A stretch of 64,000 bases of DNA from Candidatus Latescibacterota bacterium (GTDB taxonomy: Bacteria > Latescibacterota > UBA2968 > UBA8231), in the NCBI GenBank assembly GCA_965217585.1, contig OZ244561.1, positions 5,792,001-5,856,000 on the forward strand. The letters run 5' to 3'. Numbering within the stretch: position 1 is the first letter of the stretch; the number at the start of each line of letters is the position of its first letter. The translations under genes and the position numbers were made by a program. The notes below the pieces were generated by a model that ran no database searches, was not told where the DNA came from, and worked only from the letters and a program-made list of their open reading frames with translations. Shown one piece after another: positions 9,783 to 19,587 of this stretch.

Positions 9783-11225
9783 ATGTTGGATATAGGCGAC
9801 AGGAAGCAGCTTTTTATCGACGAGCGGTTTTTTGCTGAGTGCGAGGGAATCGCGCTGCGAATGGGGACGCCGGTGCAGCATCCAGAGCCGGTGTTGCGGC
9901 CGGATCGGGCGTGGGAGGATTGGGGGATTGGGGCGTACAATACGGTGTGGCGAGAAACGGATGGCCGGTGGCGGATGTGGTACGACGCGACCATGCAAAC
10001 GGGCTTGCCGATGGAGGGGGCGCGGCGGCTGGGCTACGCAGAATCCGCGGATGGACTGCATTGGGAAAAGCCAGTGCTGGGCCTAGTGGAATTTCGCGGC
10101 AGCCGGGCCAATAATATCGTCGTGCCGTTGGTCGAGCAGCAAAGCATGCAGGGGGCGACCGTCTTGCGCGACGAGCGGGCGGCAGCCGAGGAACGCTACA
10201 AGCTGTGGACCAAGTTCCAGCCGACTGATGAAGAGCGGGCACAGGGCATCGAGCCGGGGCTGTGGGCGATGCACTCGGCCGATGGGCTGCACTGGCAGTA
10301 CTATCCAGACCAGCCGAATCCGCCGCGGACGATGTGCGACACGCAGAATATGTTTTTCTGGGACGACCGGCTTGGACTATACGTGGGCTATACGCGGGTT
10401 AGGGAGACCCAGCACTTATCCGAAGCAGCCGAGGGCCGGGGATCGTACCGCTGCGTTGGGCGGATGACCTCGCCCGATTTTAGGCATTGGTCCGCCCAAG
10501 AGATCGTCTTTGAAGCGGATGAGGAGGATTTGCAGATTCCGGTGCCGTTCCAGCGCGACGATCCCCGGCCCAATATCGACTTTTACACCAGTTGTGCCAC
10601 CAAGTACGACGCGGCGCAGGACGCCTATTTCATGCTGCCGGCCGCGTACTATCACTGGGGCGAGGATGACTTCCCGGCGACCATGGACGTGCAGTTGCTC
10701 AGCAGCCGCGACGGCATTGACTGGCGACGGCAGGGGGAGCGCCGGGCCTTTTTGCGCCAGGGCTGGGACGGCGGACTGCTGAGCGGGATGCTGTTTGCCA
10801 ATCCGTGGTTTATTCCGGTGGGGGACGAGCTGTGGCTGTATTATAACGGCACCGCGCGGCGGCACGGCAGCGGGGAGGACCAGCGGCAGTCGCGAGCGAG
10901 TGGAATTTTTCGCGCCTCGTTGCGGCTAGATGGGTTTGTGGCAGCGACGGCCGGCTATGGCGGCGGGTCTTTCACGACGCCGCTGTTGCAATTTGCTGGC
11001 GAGCGGTTGGTGGTGAACTTTGACGGCGGGGCTGGAGGATGGTTGCGAGTGGAAGTGCTGGATGAAAACGGGCAAGCGGTACAGGTGTCCGAGGCGGTGA
11101 TGGGCAATGGGGTGCATAAAGAGGTGAGTTGGCGGGAGCCCATCGGGAAGCTGGCGGGCACGCCAGTGCGGTTGCGCTTTGAGATGCGGGACGCGCGGCT
11201 CTACGCATTGCAGTTTTTGCGTTGA
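9783..11225 (+). CDS. Beta-propeller glycoside-hydrolase-like protein with Asp-boxes
   Basis: Repeated SADGLHW/SPDFRHW/SRDGIDW, QLFIDERF, LRLDGFV, VRLRFEMRDARLYALQF; start behind AGGAG. Confidence 0.7.
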   Translation: MLDIGDRKQLFIDERFFAECEGIALRMGTPVQHPEPVLRPDRAWEDWGIGAYNTVWRETDGRWRMWYDATMQTGLPMEGARRLGYAESADGLHWEKPVLGLVEFRGSRANNIVVPLVEQQSMQGATVLRDERAAAEERYKLWTKFQPTDEERAQGIEPGLWAMHSADGLHWQYYPDQPNPPRTMCDTQNMFFWDDRLGLYVGYTRVRETQHLSEAAEGRGSYRCVGRMTSPDFRHWSAQEIVFEADEEDLQIPVPFQRDDPRPNIDFYTSCATKYDAAQDAYFMLPAAYYHWGEDDFPATMDVQLLSSRDGIDWRRQGERRAFLRQGWDGGLLSGMLFANPWFIPVGDELWLYYNGTARRHGSGEDQRQSRASGIFRASLRLDGFVAATAGYGGGSFTTPLLQFAGERLVVNFDGGAGGWLRVEVLDENGQAVQVSEAVMGNGVHKEVSWREPIGKLAGTPVRLRFEMRDARLYALQFLR

Positions 11226-11288
11226 GGAGTGGATTTTCTTGACCGGGACGATCTTATTGGGCTTATTTTATTGATAAAGGAGACTATC

Positions 11289-11507
11289 ATGCAGATCATC
11301 CGCGTAAAGACCAAAAAGGAAGCGCTCCGTGAGGTCCAGAGGCGCAAGAGTACGCCGGAAGGGGCGGGATTGATTTATAAAATCGTCAAGTCTCGCTATG
11401 GCACCGGGTTTAAAATCATGGCCATGGACCCAGAGTTGTACGTGGATATGCTGATGATCCTTCCTCAATTCAAGAACCGCTTGCGGATGGAAAGGGTGAG
11501 TTCATAA
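11289..11507 (+). CDS. Small basic hypothetical protein
   Basis: AAGGAG RBS; TAATG overlap with next gene; lower GC than flanks. Confidence 0.6.
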   Translation: MQIIRVKTKKEALREVQRRKSTPEGAGLIYKIVKSRYGTGFKIMAMDPELYVDMLMILPQFKNRLRMERVSS

Positions 11508-11911
11508 TGGCGTCTCAGCCTGACGAGACCGGCGATGGCGGCGAAGCGCAAGAGGTTGTTCCTGTTGACGATAGGCAATTCGCCGAACTAATTGCCGAAC
11601 AGCGGGAACGGAATGCGATTGTAGCCCGCGCTTTGGAAATTAGCCAACAAGAGACCCAACTTGATTACGATTTGGCCGTCAAAGAGCTAGAGATAGAAGA
11701 CGAACAAAACAAGAGGGCGTACCGACTAGTGAAGCTAATCGTCAGCGGTTTTGCGCTCGTATTATTTCTGCTGCTGTACATGGTGTTCTATGGAAGCGAG
11801 GCCCAAACCGGCAAGGCTGAAAAAATACTGCTCGTGATACTTATATTAGTCAGTGGTGCTTCTTTGCGTGATTTGATAGGCAGGGTTCTAAAACGCCTCA
11901 TCAATCGCTAA
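11507..11911 (+). CDS. Two-TM membrane protein (DUF2335-like architecture)
   Basis: Acidic N-terminus, coiled coil, two hydrophobic helices. Confidence 0.6.
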   Translation: MASQPDETGDGGEAQEVVPVDDRQFAELIAEQRERNAIVARALEISQQETQLDYDLAVKELEIEDEQNKRAYRLVKLIVSGFALVLFLLLYMVFYGSEAQTGKAEKILLVILILVSGASLRDLIGRVLKRLINR

Positions 11912-12027
11912 CTCCTAGAGATTGTTATCCTCCCCCATTGGCGTCCGTTCCTGATAGGAGTGGGCTGCCGCTGGGGGTTATTTTTTGTCGATCACTTGTC
12001 GGCGCACCTACGAGAAAGGGACGAAAA

Positions 12028-12852
12028 ATGAAGTTAGGGATTTTCCACAAAGTCTTTGCGCGGCCGACGCTGGAGGAGAGCTTGGACGGGGTGCAGGCCG
12101 CTGGGTTAGAGGCTGTGCAGCTCGATTTGACGGCTGCGGGGATCGATCCGGCGACGCTGACGGACGCCGATTGCGGGCGCATTCGCGCTGCGCACGCAAC
12201 GCGGGGGATTGAGATCGCCGCGCTGTCGGGGACTTTTAATATCATCGACCCCGACTTGGAAAAGCGCCGCGCCGGGATGCGCTGGCTCACCGTGCAGGCC
12301 GCTGCGAGCGGCAAGTTGGGGACGGAGTTGATTACCTTTTCCACCGGAACGCGCAACCCCGACTATATGTGGGGAGGCCATCCCGACAACAGCACGCCGG
12401 TCGCTTGGGCCGATATGGTCGCGGCCATGGAGGAGGCCGTGGCGATTGCCGAAGCGCAGGGCGCAACCCTCGTGTTCGAGCCGGAGGTTAACAATGTGGT
12501 GGATTCGGCGCGCAAGGCGCGGCGCTTGCTCGATGAGGTCCGGTCCAAGCATTTGCAGGTGGTTATCGACGGGGCCAACCTGTTCCACGCTGGCCAGCTA
12601 CCGAGGATGCGCGAGATCTTAGACGAGGCGTTCGACCTGCTTGGGGATTCGATTCGGTTGGCCCACGCCAAGGACTTGGAGCAGGACGGCGACGCCGGGC
12701 ACCAAGCCGCGGGCACGGGTGTGCTCGACTATGATCGCTACTTGGCGCTCTTGCGGCAGATCGGCTTTGACGGGTCGTTAATATTGCACAGTCTCGAAGA
12801 AGAACAGGTGGCGGCGTCAGCGGCTTTTGTGCGCGAGCGCATGAACACTTGA
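12028..12852 (+). CDS. Sugar phosphate isomerase/epimerase
   Basis: LVFEPEVNN, VVIDGANL, LAHAKD, GTGVLDY. Confidence 0.88.
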   Translation: MKLGIFHKVFARPTLEESLDGVQAAGLEAVQLDLTAAGIDPATLTDADCGRIRAAHATRGIEIAALSGTFNIIDPDLEKRRAGMRWLTVQAAASGKLGTELITFSTGTRNPDYMWGGHPDNSTPVAWADMVAAMEEAVAIAEAQGATLVFEPEVNNVVDSARKARRLLDEVRSKHLQVVIDGANLFHAGQLPRMREILDEAFDLLGDSIRLAHAKDLEQDGDAGHQAAGTGVLDYDRYLALLRQIGFDGSLILHSLEEEQVAASAAFVRERMNT

Positions 12853-12866
12853 GAAAGGAACGAGAG

Positions 12867-13895
12867 ATGTCTGAAGGCAAATTGCGCGCGGCCGTTATTG
12901 GCGCTGGCGTGGGTGGGGGTCATGGATACGCATACGCCCGCGCCCCGGAATACGAATTCGTGGCGGTCTGCGACATAAACCCGGAGGTGCTCACGCGCTT
13001 TTACGAGCGGGCCGAGATCGAGCGAGGATCAGTCGCCGAATACGCGGATTACCGCGCGATGTTGGAGCGGGAACGCCTCGACGTGGTGAGCGTGGCCACC
13101 CCGGATCACCTCCACGTCGACCCGGTTTGCGATGCGGTGGCCGCAGGCGTGCGCGGCATTTTTTGCGAGAAGCCGCTGGCGACTACTGCGGAGGACGCCG
13201 ACCGCATCATCGACGCCCTCGCTCGCCACAACGCGGTGTTGTCAGTGGATCACACGCGCAGTTGGCTGCCTTCCTATCAGGCCGTGCGCGCGGCCATCCG
13301 TAGCGGCGAGATCGGCAGCCTGACGAGGATTGTGGCGCATCTCGGAGGTCGGCGCGCCATGCTCTTTCGCAATGGGACTCACTTGGTAGATGCGGTCTGC
13401 TTTTTTGCGGATGCCGAGCCGGTGTGGGTGATCGCCACGCACGAGCGCGGGTTTGAAGACTACGGCCCGGTGTACGACGGCCGGGGCGGCAAAGATCCGC
13501 AATTCGATCCCGGATCGACGATCATCGTGGAGTTTGCCAATGGGGTGCGTGGGCTGATCAACTGCGCCAAGCGGACGCCGCAGATGTTCGAACTGGATTT
13601 ACAGGGCACGGACGGTCGCTTCTGGATGACCGATCAGCAGTGCATGGCCTGGAAGACCGATGCCCCTGAGGGGATGCCCGAGGTGGTGTCGCCGCCGCCG
13701 GGTCGCGGTTATGCCAGTCCTTTTGGCGCGAACTTGATTCCGGCTGTGCAGGAGCTGGCGCAGGCGATACAGGGCGAGGTGCCTAGTTCGTCGCCGGCGG
13801 TGCGCGGCCGACACGTGCTGGAGATCATGGTGGCTGCGCTGCGGTCGCAGGTCGAAGGCAGTGCGAAGGTGGAACTGCCGCTGCCGAGGGGATGA
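12867..13895 (+). CDS. Gfo/Idh/MocA family oxidoreductase
   Basis: LRAAVIGAG, VSVATPDHLH, IFCEKPLA, NGTHLVD. Confidence 0.9.
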   Translation: MSEGKLRAAVIGAGVGGGHGYAYARAPEYEFVAVCDINPEVLTRFYERAEIERGSVAEYADYRAMLERERLDVVSVATPDHLHVDPVCDAVAAGVRGIFCEKPLATTAEDADRIIDALARHNAVLSVDHTRSWLPSYQAVRAAIRSGEIGSLTRIVAHLGGRRAMLFRNGTHLVDAVCFFADAEPVWVIATHERGFEDYGPVYDGRGGKDPQFDPGSTIIVEFANGVRGLINCAKRTPQMFELDLQGTDGRFWMTDQQCMAWKTDAPEGMPEVVSPPPGRGYASPFGANLIPAVQELAQAIQGEVPSSSPAVRGRHVLEIMVAALRSQVEGSAKVELPLPRG

Positions 13896-13900
13896 CGAAG

Positions 13901-13973
13901 CTACGCAGCCTGTCCGCGCATCATCGCCAGAAACCGCTGAGCATTCCCGGCAAAGTGATCTTCGATTTCCGCG
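13901..13973 (-). repeat. Displaced second copy of the amidohydrolase 3' end
   Basis: 13914-13973 matches 15353-15412 at 59/60 and continues to its own stop (AEIEDHFAGNAQRFLAMMRGQAA*). Confidence 0.92.
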
Positions 13974-14001
13974 AGAGGGTGGGAGACTAGGGGCAATCCC
14001 T

Positions 14002-15264
14002 TTACGGCTTGCCGATCAGGACGATCCGATTAGTGTTGGTGCCTTTTTTGCGGTTGTCCACGCCCCAGCAGTTTGCGGTTTTGGTGAACATCTGATCGTT
14101 GACCAAAACCATCAGCGGCTTGAGGCCGGCCTCCATGGCCGCGGGCACGACGAGGGTTTCCAGTAGGATTTTGCCATTGCGGACCTCGCCCACCTCAAAG
14201 GCAACAAAGCCCCCGTTTGCGAGGACCCGGCGCAACTCTCGGAAGGTGCGGGTCATCGCGGCTTGCCAGTCCGCTGGTTTTTTCAATTGCCATATAGCCA
14301 CCTCCTTGGCGTCGATGCCGTTAAACCAGCAGCGCAGCCAGTTGTCTGCTTGGTAGTTGACGATGTCCAAAAAGGGCGGCGAGGTAACGGCGAGTTGGAT
14401 GGATTCACTGACGATGGCGGAGGTATTGTCGGACGAGCTAGTTACGAGCAGGGGGATATTCGCCGTCAGCGTTTCCAGATCGTGTGCTTGCAGCTTGCTC
14501 AGTAAGGATCGCGTCTTGCGGAGGATGATGGCCTTTATGTCGCGTTCAGGCGGCACTTGAGCGCGTTTTTGGTTGATGCGTTTCTGCGACTCGATGGACA
14601 CCGCCTGATTAGGCGGCAGCGTATATACGGAGAAAAATCCCGGCGAGTGCCCGGTCAGGCGGTTGGTCGCCACCATCTGAATCCACGCATCGACGCTATC
14701 GAGTGGCCCTTCTTGGCAGCGCGTGAGGAGGTAGGAGCGCAGGTTGACGATTTGGCGGAGAGTATTAGGGTGATAAAAAATAAGGAGATCGTCCCAGACC
14801 TCGCTCGATTGATCGAGGTCCAGCGCCGTCAAGCGCGTTTCTACCTCGTTCCATGCGGGTGGATCTAGGCGAGGGCGGACTAGGCGCTCGCTGAGAGGAT
14901 TTATGTCGCAGCCAATGGGGCGGCGGCCCAACAGCGCCGCTTCGAGGACAGTGGTGCCGCGCCCCATGAACGGGTCGTACACCGCGTCGTCGGGTTGCGT
15001 CAGGCGGCTAATGAAAAACCTCGGCAATTGCGGCTTGAAACAGGCGCGATAGGAGACCTCGTGGAGCGAGTGGGCGGCGCGCTGTTTGGAGGTCCAGAAC
15101 TCGTTGACGTACACCGGAATGGAAATGGCGGGATCGGGAAAGTCGAGGATGTTCGTCTCTTTGCCAAAATCCGCAAAGGCTTGGATTTCGGCGGCGAATT
15201 CCTTGGCGTTTAGGGGCCGTAGTCGAGGAGGCTTATGGGGGAATATGGGCTGTTGTTGATTCAC
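14002..15264 (-). CDS. Orphan site-specific DNA methyltransferase (N4-C/N6-A type)
   Basis: SAM-binding DPFMGRGT then catalytic TSPPF; GTG start at 15264 behind GGAG; no adjacent endonuclease. Confidence 0.88.
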   Translation of the reverse strand: MNQQQPIFPHKPPRLRPLNAKEFAAEIQAFADFGKETNILDFPDPAISIPVYVNEFWTSKQRAAHSLHEVSYRACFKPQLPRFFISRLTQPDDAVYDPFMGRGTTVLEAALLGRRPIGCDINPLSERLVRPRLDPPAWNEVETRLTALDLDQSSEVWDDLLIFYHPNTLRQIVNLRSYLLTRCQEGPLDSVDAWIQMVATNRLTGHSPGFFSVYTLPPNQAVSIESQKRINQKRAQVPPERDIKAIILRKTRSLLSKLQAHDLETLTANIPLLVTSSSDNTSAIVSESIQLAVTSPPFLDIVNYQADNWLRCWFNGIDAKEVAIWQLKKPADWQAAMTRTFRELRRVLANGGFVAFEVGEVRNGKILLETLVVPAAMEAGLKPLMVLVNDQMFTKTANCWGVDNRKKGTNTNRIVLIGKP

Positions 15265-15342
15265 CCCGGTCTCCAGATAGATTCTAAAGTATAAATCTGT
15301 GCTTCTTGAAGCACACTGACGCAAGCGGGCGGCAGGACCATA

Positions 15343-16335
15343 CTAGCCCCCACCGCGCATCATCGCCAGAAACCGCTGGGCATTCCCGGCAAAGTGATCT
15401 TCGATTTCCGCGGGCGTTAGTTGCAGCATCTCAGCCACTTGCCGCTCTTGGCGTAGCTGCTCGTAGATGACGAGCGTGGCCCGCGAGTCGCAGTGCGGCG
15501 TGCCGGAATCGTCCCCAGGATAGAACAGCCAGGCGCGACCATAGGTGATGTACTTGCCGCGCGCACAGCCGGCGACCACGTTGTCCGACCCGAACATCAC
15601 CCGCTTGCGGTCTTCGTGTTTCATCAGCAAATAGTGAGAATACAGGTCGTTCACCGCTGAGGTGTCGTACCATATATTGGGCAGATCGCACAGGAAGTGG
15701 ACGGCCTCTTCCATCATAAAGGAATTGAACGAGCGGGCGCAGTGGGCCAAAATCCACTGCGCGTTGGGGTATTCGCGGGTGTAGCGCGCTAAGTCGCGCT
15801 GGTTGTCTGGGTCGGCTGGGCCGGTGGGTTTGGCGAGGTGCATGGTGATGGCCAGCCTCTTGTGGTGGGCGAGTTCGATGAGGGATTCCGGGAGGAAGTC
15901 GCATATGCGGGCACCGGCTGGGTCTGGGGCAAAGGTGCGGTAGGGTTTGAGCCCGAGGAATCCATATTCATCGACTTGGGCTGCCACGTATTCGGGCGTC
16001 ATATCCGGGGTGACCATCATGTTGATCGCGGATTCGGGGTCGGCGGCAAGCTGGGCCGCCATCCAGGCGTTGTGGCCTGCGGCATCCATGCCCGGCACGG
16101 GGGTGCCCAAGGCCAGCATGTGGAAGGCGCGGCCTGGGTAGAGTTTAGCCGCCCAGTCGAGGTGATCGCGATAGTCGATCTCCTCGCGCAGGCCGGTAGG
16201 CGCACCCGTCAAGGAGCCTCGGTGGTCCTCAGACCACAGGTGCGTGTGCATGTCGTAAACCGTGGCGGGGACGAAGTCTTCGAGTTCTTGCTCCCAGAGC
16301 TGGCGGTCGAAGTCTTGATAGGTAAAAGCGGTCAT
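15343..16335 (-). CDS. Amidohydrolase family (amidohydro_2) protein
   Basis: DMHTH, GLKPY, WILAH, NIWYDTSA, VMFGSD. Confidence 0.9.
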   Translation of the reverse strand: MTAFTYQDFDRQLWEQELEDFVPATVYDMHTHLWSEDHRGSLTGAPTGLREEIDYRDHLDWAAKLYPGRAFHMLALGTPVPGMDAAGHNAWMAAQLAADPESAINMMVTPDMTPEYVAAQVDEYGFLGLKPYRTFAPDPAGARICDFLPESLIELAHHKRLAITMHLAKPTGPADPDNQRDLARYTREYPNAQWILAHCARSFNSFMMEEAVHFLCDLPNIWYDTSAVNDLYSHYLLMKHEDRKRVMFGSDNVVAGCARGKYITYGRAWLFYPGDDSGTPHCDSRATLVIYEQLRQERQVAEMLQLTPAEIEDHFAGNAQRFLAMMRGGG

Positions 16336-16414
16336 GGCGTTGTGCTCCTAAGCGGCGCGTTTGACAGAGAACGGCAGGCAACCTAGTGTTGCCCCCAAAA
16401 GGAGGAAATCCAAG

Positions 16415-17302
16415 ATGAACAGAGAAAAGATAGCACCCGAACTAGTCGTGGAAAAGGACGCGCTCATCGGCGAGGGGGCCGTTTGGGACGCGGATGACGA
16501 GTTGTTGTACTGGGTCGATATTCTCGGTGGCGAGGTCTATGTGTACGATCCGGTGAGCGGAATCAACCGCACCATTCCCACGTGCCAAGCCGTGGGCACG
16601 GTGGTCAAGCGGCAGAGCGGTGGCCTCGTCGTGGCTTTGCACAACGGCTTTGCTCACATCGACTTGCGGACGGAGCGCATGGTGCCCCTCGGCGAAGACC
16701 CCGAGTGTGAGATCCCTGCCAATCGCTTCAATGACGGCAAGTGCGACCCGGCCGGGCGGCTGTGGGCGGGGACGATGGAGTTTGGCGGTGCCCGGGACCA
16801 AGGCGCACTCTACTGCCTCGACGTAGATCACTCAGTGAGCCGGAAGGTCGCGCCGGTCAGCATATCCAACGGCATCGTCTGGAGCGCCGACCAGCAGACC
16901 ATGTACTTCATTGACTCCGGCTTGAACAACGTGCGCGCGTACGACTACTGCCGCGACAGCGGGGCCATCAGCAACGAGCGCGTGGTGGTGGAATACGGGG
17001 GGCCAGGGGTGTTAGACGGCATGGCCATCGACGGGGAAGACGCCTTGTGGATCGCCGTGTTCGGAGGGTGGTGCGTCCTATATTACGACCCCCGCTCTGG
17101 GAATTTGCTGCGCCACTTGGAACTGCCCATGTCCAATGTGACGTCCTGTGCCTTTGGTGGCTCGGATCTGGACCAACTCTACATCACCTCGGCTTGCCGG
17201 GGCTTGGATGCCGAGGCGCGGCAGGCTCAGCCTTTGGCTGGGTCGCTAGTGCGGGTTGATCCCGGGGTGCGCGGCGTGCCCTCGGATGCGTTCGCCGGCT
17301 AG
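16415..17302 (+). CDS. SMP-30/gluconolactonase/LRE family protein
   Basis: IGEGAVWD, NRFNDGKCDPAGRLWAGTM, ISNGIVWS, DGMAID, TSCAFGG. Confidence 0.93.
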   Translation: MNREKIAPELVVEKDALIGEGAVWDADDELLYWVDILGGEVYVYDPVSGINRTIPTCQAVGTVVKRQSGGLVVALHNGFAHIDLRTERMVPLGEDPECEIPANRFNDGKCDPAGRLWAGTMEFGGARDQGALYCLDVDHSVSRKVAPVSISNGIVWSADQQTMYFIDSGLNNVRAYDYCRDSGAISNERVVVEYGGPGVLDGMAIDGEDALWIAVFGGWCVLYYDPRSGNLLRHLELPMSNVTSCAFGGSDLDQLYITSACRGLDAEARQAQPLAGSLVRVDPGVRGVPSDAFAG

Positions 17303-18087
17303 ATGGCGATGGTGCGCATCTCGTCCGACCAGTCGCGCCACATGTCCTTTTGCGGCGGCTCCTGTTGGGTTTGTTCGATATCCTGCTTGAGAAAATCGTA
17401 GAGCACGGCTTGGCGCAATTGGCGCGAGGTGTTCGGACTAGCCATGTGGCCGAGGCGGTGGTGCCAGAAGACGATGTCGCCGGCCTTGCCGTGGGTATCG
17501 ACGGGCGTGCGCTGGTTGAATGCGGTGCGCACTTTTTCGTAGGCGGCTTCGTTTTGGTCGCGGAGGTACTGCGAGGTGAAGGTCGGGTAGAAGGCGCGAT
17601 GGCTTTCGGGCCAGACCATGAAGCTGCCGCCGTTGGGCGGCACGTCGTCGATGTAGCCGACCACGCCGAGGTGGAAGGGATGGCCGTCGGTGTGGCAGCC
17701 TAGGGTTTGGGGCGGGTGGTCGCCGTAGGGCAGGGTGCAGTAGATGCCGCGGATGCGCTCGGGCTGGACGAGCAGGCCCTTGCCGAGCATTTGTTCGGCC
17801 ATGGCCCATACCTTGGGGTCGGTAGCGAGCAGGCGCACCATCCACTCCTCGCCGCCCGGCTCGCGGAAGTTCCAGCGGAAGCCGCGGCGGTGGTTGGCGC
17901 CGTCGAGGTTTTCTTCGTCTTGGTGGAAGGGGCCAACCCAAGTGGCGGGATCGTCGCGGCGGCGGTCTGGAGGGGCACCGTCCCACAGCCGGGTGCGGGC
18001 GCGCTCCATGAGCGCGGGGTCGAGCACGCCTCGTTTGATGAGGTAGCCGTTGCGCTTGAAGAAGCGCATTTCGTCGGTCGTCAGCAT
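17299..18087 (-). CDS. PhyH-family dioxygenase (canonical HxD)
   Basis: FFKRNGYL, CHTDGH, GGSFMVWPESH, GDIVFWHHRLGH. Confidence 0.85.
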   Translation of the reverse strand: MLTTDEMRFFKRNGYLIKRGVLDPALMERARTRLWDGAPPDRRRDDPATWVGPFHQDEENLDGANHRRGFRWNFREPGGEEWMVRLLATDPKVWAMAEQMLGKGLLVQPERIRGIYCTLPYGDHPPQTLGCHTDGHPFHLGVVGYIDDVPPNGGSFMVWPESHRAFYPTFTSQYLRDQNEAAYEKVRTAFNQRTPVDTHGKAGDIVFWHHRLGHMASPNTSRQLRQAVLYDFLKQDIEQTQQEPPQKDMWRDWSDEMRTIAI

Positions 18088-18268
18088 GTTTTCACCTGTT
18101 AGAATTGATTGAGAACGATATGCAAAGTACGCGCACTTGAAAAGGGAAAAGCCGCGATGCTACTGAGATTTACCTACTATTTATTGGGAGTCGAGAAAGC
18201 GGAAATCAGGCCGGGTACAACCAGACTGGTCGGCATTTTCGGTAGCAGTGAACTGAGACGAAGCGTGC

Positions 18269-18297
18269 TTGACAGGTATCAAGTGAAAAAGTAGTAT
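18269..18297 (+). promoter_or_regulatory. Sigma70-like promoter
   Basis: TTGACA-17 bp-TAGTAT upstream of the AAA ATPase cassette. Confidence 0.6.
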
Positions 18298-18502
18298 GAA
18301 GACGCGTCTTATGGACTTCGGCAACAGCCTGAACGAGTACAAATCATATCTGAGCGGCGCGGAAGCGGACATAACGCCGCGATTGCGAGGGACTGGATTA
18401 TAAGTGGGCTTGGACTTTCGCAATGTGGTCGCCGAATTCGAGGCAAAAAAGGTCTCGCAGTGCCGCCACCCCCGTTCATTTGCCTAGTGGATAGGACAGA
18501 AG

Positions 18503-19585
18503 ATGGACAAACACTTTTACGAGACGCTAAAAATTGAGAATTTCCGCGGCATCAAGTCGCTGGAAATCGACGATCTTGCACGGGTCAATCTGTTTGTCGG
18601 CAGAAATAAATGCGGCAAAACCTCGGTGTTGGAGGCGGCGTTTTTGTTGACCGGAATGTCAAATCCGACCTTGCTTGTCAATATAGAAAGTTTGAGAGGT
18701 ATAAATCTCAATGAAAGTTCCCATCTGAGGAACTTCTTTTACCGACAGAAATATACTGAAGGATTTAGATTATTCGGAAAGCAAAAAACAGAAAGCAGAG
18801 AACTCAATGTTAGTTCAGTATATAAAAAGTTCAATGAAGTAGATTCTGCTCCCGCAAACAGTTTGGATAAAGTAGGAGATATGATCGAAACATATATGTT
18901 AAGCTCGGCAACGGAGCAATCATTGAATGGACTAAAATTTAGATTCACTCATTCGGCTAAAAAAAGTCGTCAATACGAAGCTACAATGCGTTTGGTGAAA
19001 TCGGGAGACACCCCATTTAGTTTCCAGTTGGACGAAGAATACAAGGAAAATACACATATTTGGTTTTTGGGTCGGTCATACGGTCCGAATATGGTTGATA
19101 GGATGCTCAATGAAAAGCGCAAGGATGTGCTAGTGAGCTGTCTTCAAGCTATAGAGCCGAAAGTTCAGGATATAAGGATAGGATTGGACGGGATTGTGAT
19201 GGTTGATATTGGAATGGACAACTTCCTGCCGATCAACCACCTTGGAGAAGGAACAATGCGCATTCTAAACATACTCTCCACTATCTACTGGGCTAGGAAC
19301 GAGATTTTGATGATCGACGAGATTGAGAACGGACTCCACGTCTCTTCGGTAGAGCATATGTGGGAGATGATTCTGGAGTCTTCACGGCGAAACCACACAC
19401 AGATATTCATGACGACCCACAGCAGCGATGTCATCAAGGGCTTGAGTCTGGCCTTGCAGGACAAAGCGGATTCAGTCGCCTGCTTCTGGCTGGATAAGTT
19501 CGATGACGACACGATCAAAGCCTACAGATATTCGCCCAGCGCACTAGAAAATGCCTTAGATGTGGGTATCGACATTCGCCATTAG
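18503..19585 (+). CDS. AAA_15/AAA_21-type ABC ATPase
   Basis: IENFRGIK, Walker A GRNKCGKTS, LGEG signature, ILMIDEIENGLH, IFMTTHS; AT-rich. Confidence 0.9.
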   Translation: MDKHFYETLKIENFRGIKSLEIDDLARVNLFVGRNKCGKTSVLEAAFLLTGMSNPTLLVNIESLRGINLNESSHLRNFFYRQKYTEGFRLFGKQKTESRELNVSSVYKKFNEVDSAPANSLDKVGDMIETYMLSSATEQSLNGLKFRFTHSAKKSRQYEATMRLVKSGDTPFSFQLDEEYKENTHIWFLGRSYGPNMVDRMLNEKRKDVLVSCLQAIEPKVQDIRIGLDGIVMVDIGMDNFLPINHLGEGTMRILNILSTIYWARNEILMIDEIENGLHVSSVEHMWEMILESSRRNHTQIFMTTHSSDVIKGLSLALQDKADSVACFWLDKFDDDTIKAYRYSPSALENALDVGIDIRH

Positions 19586-19587
19586 CC

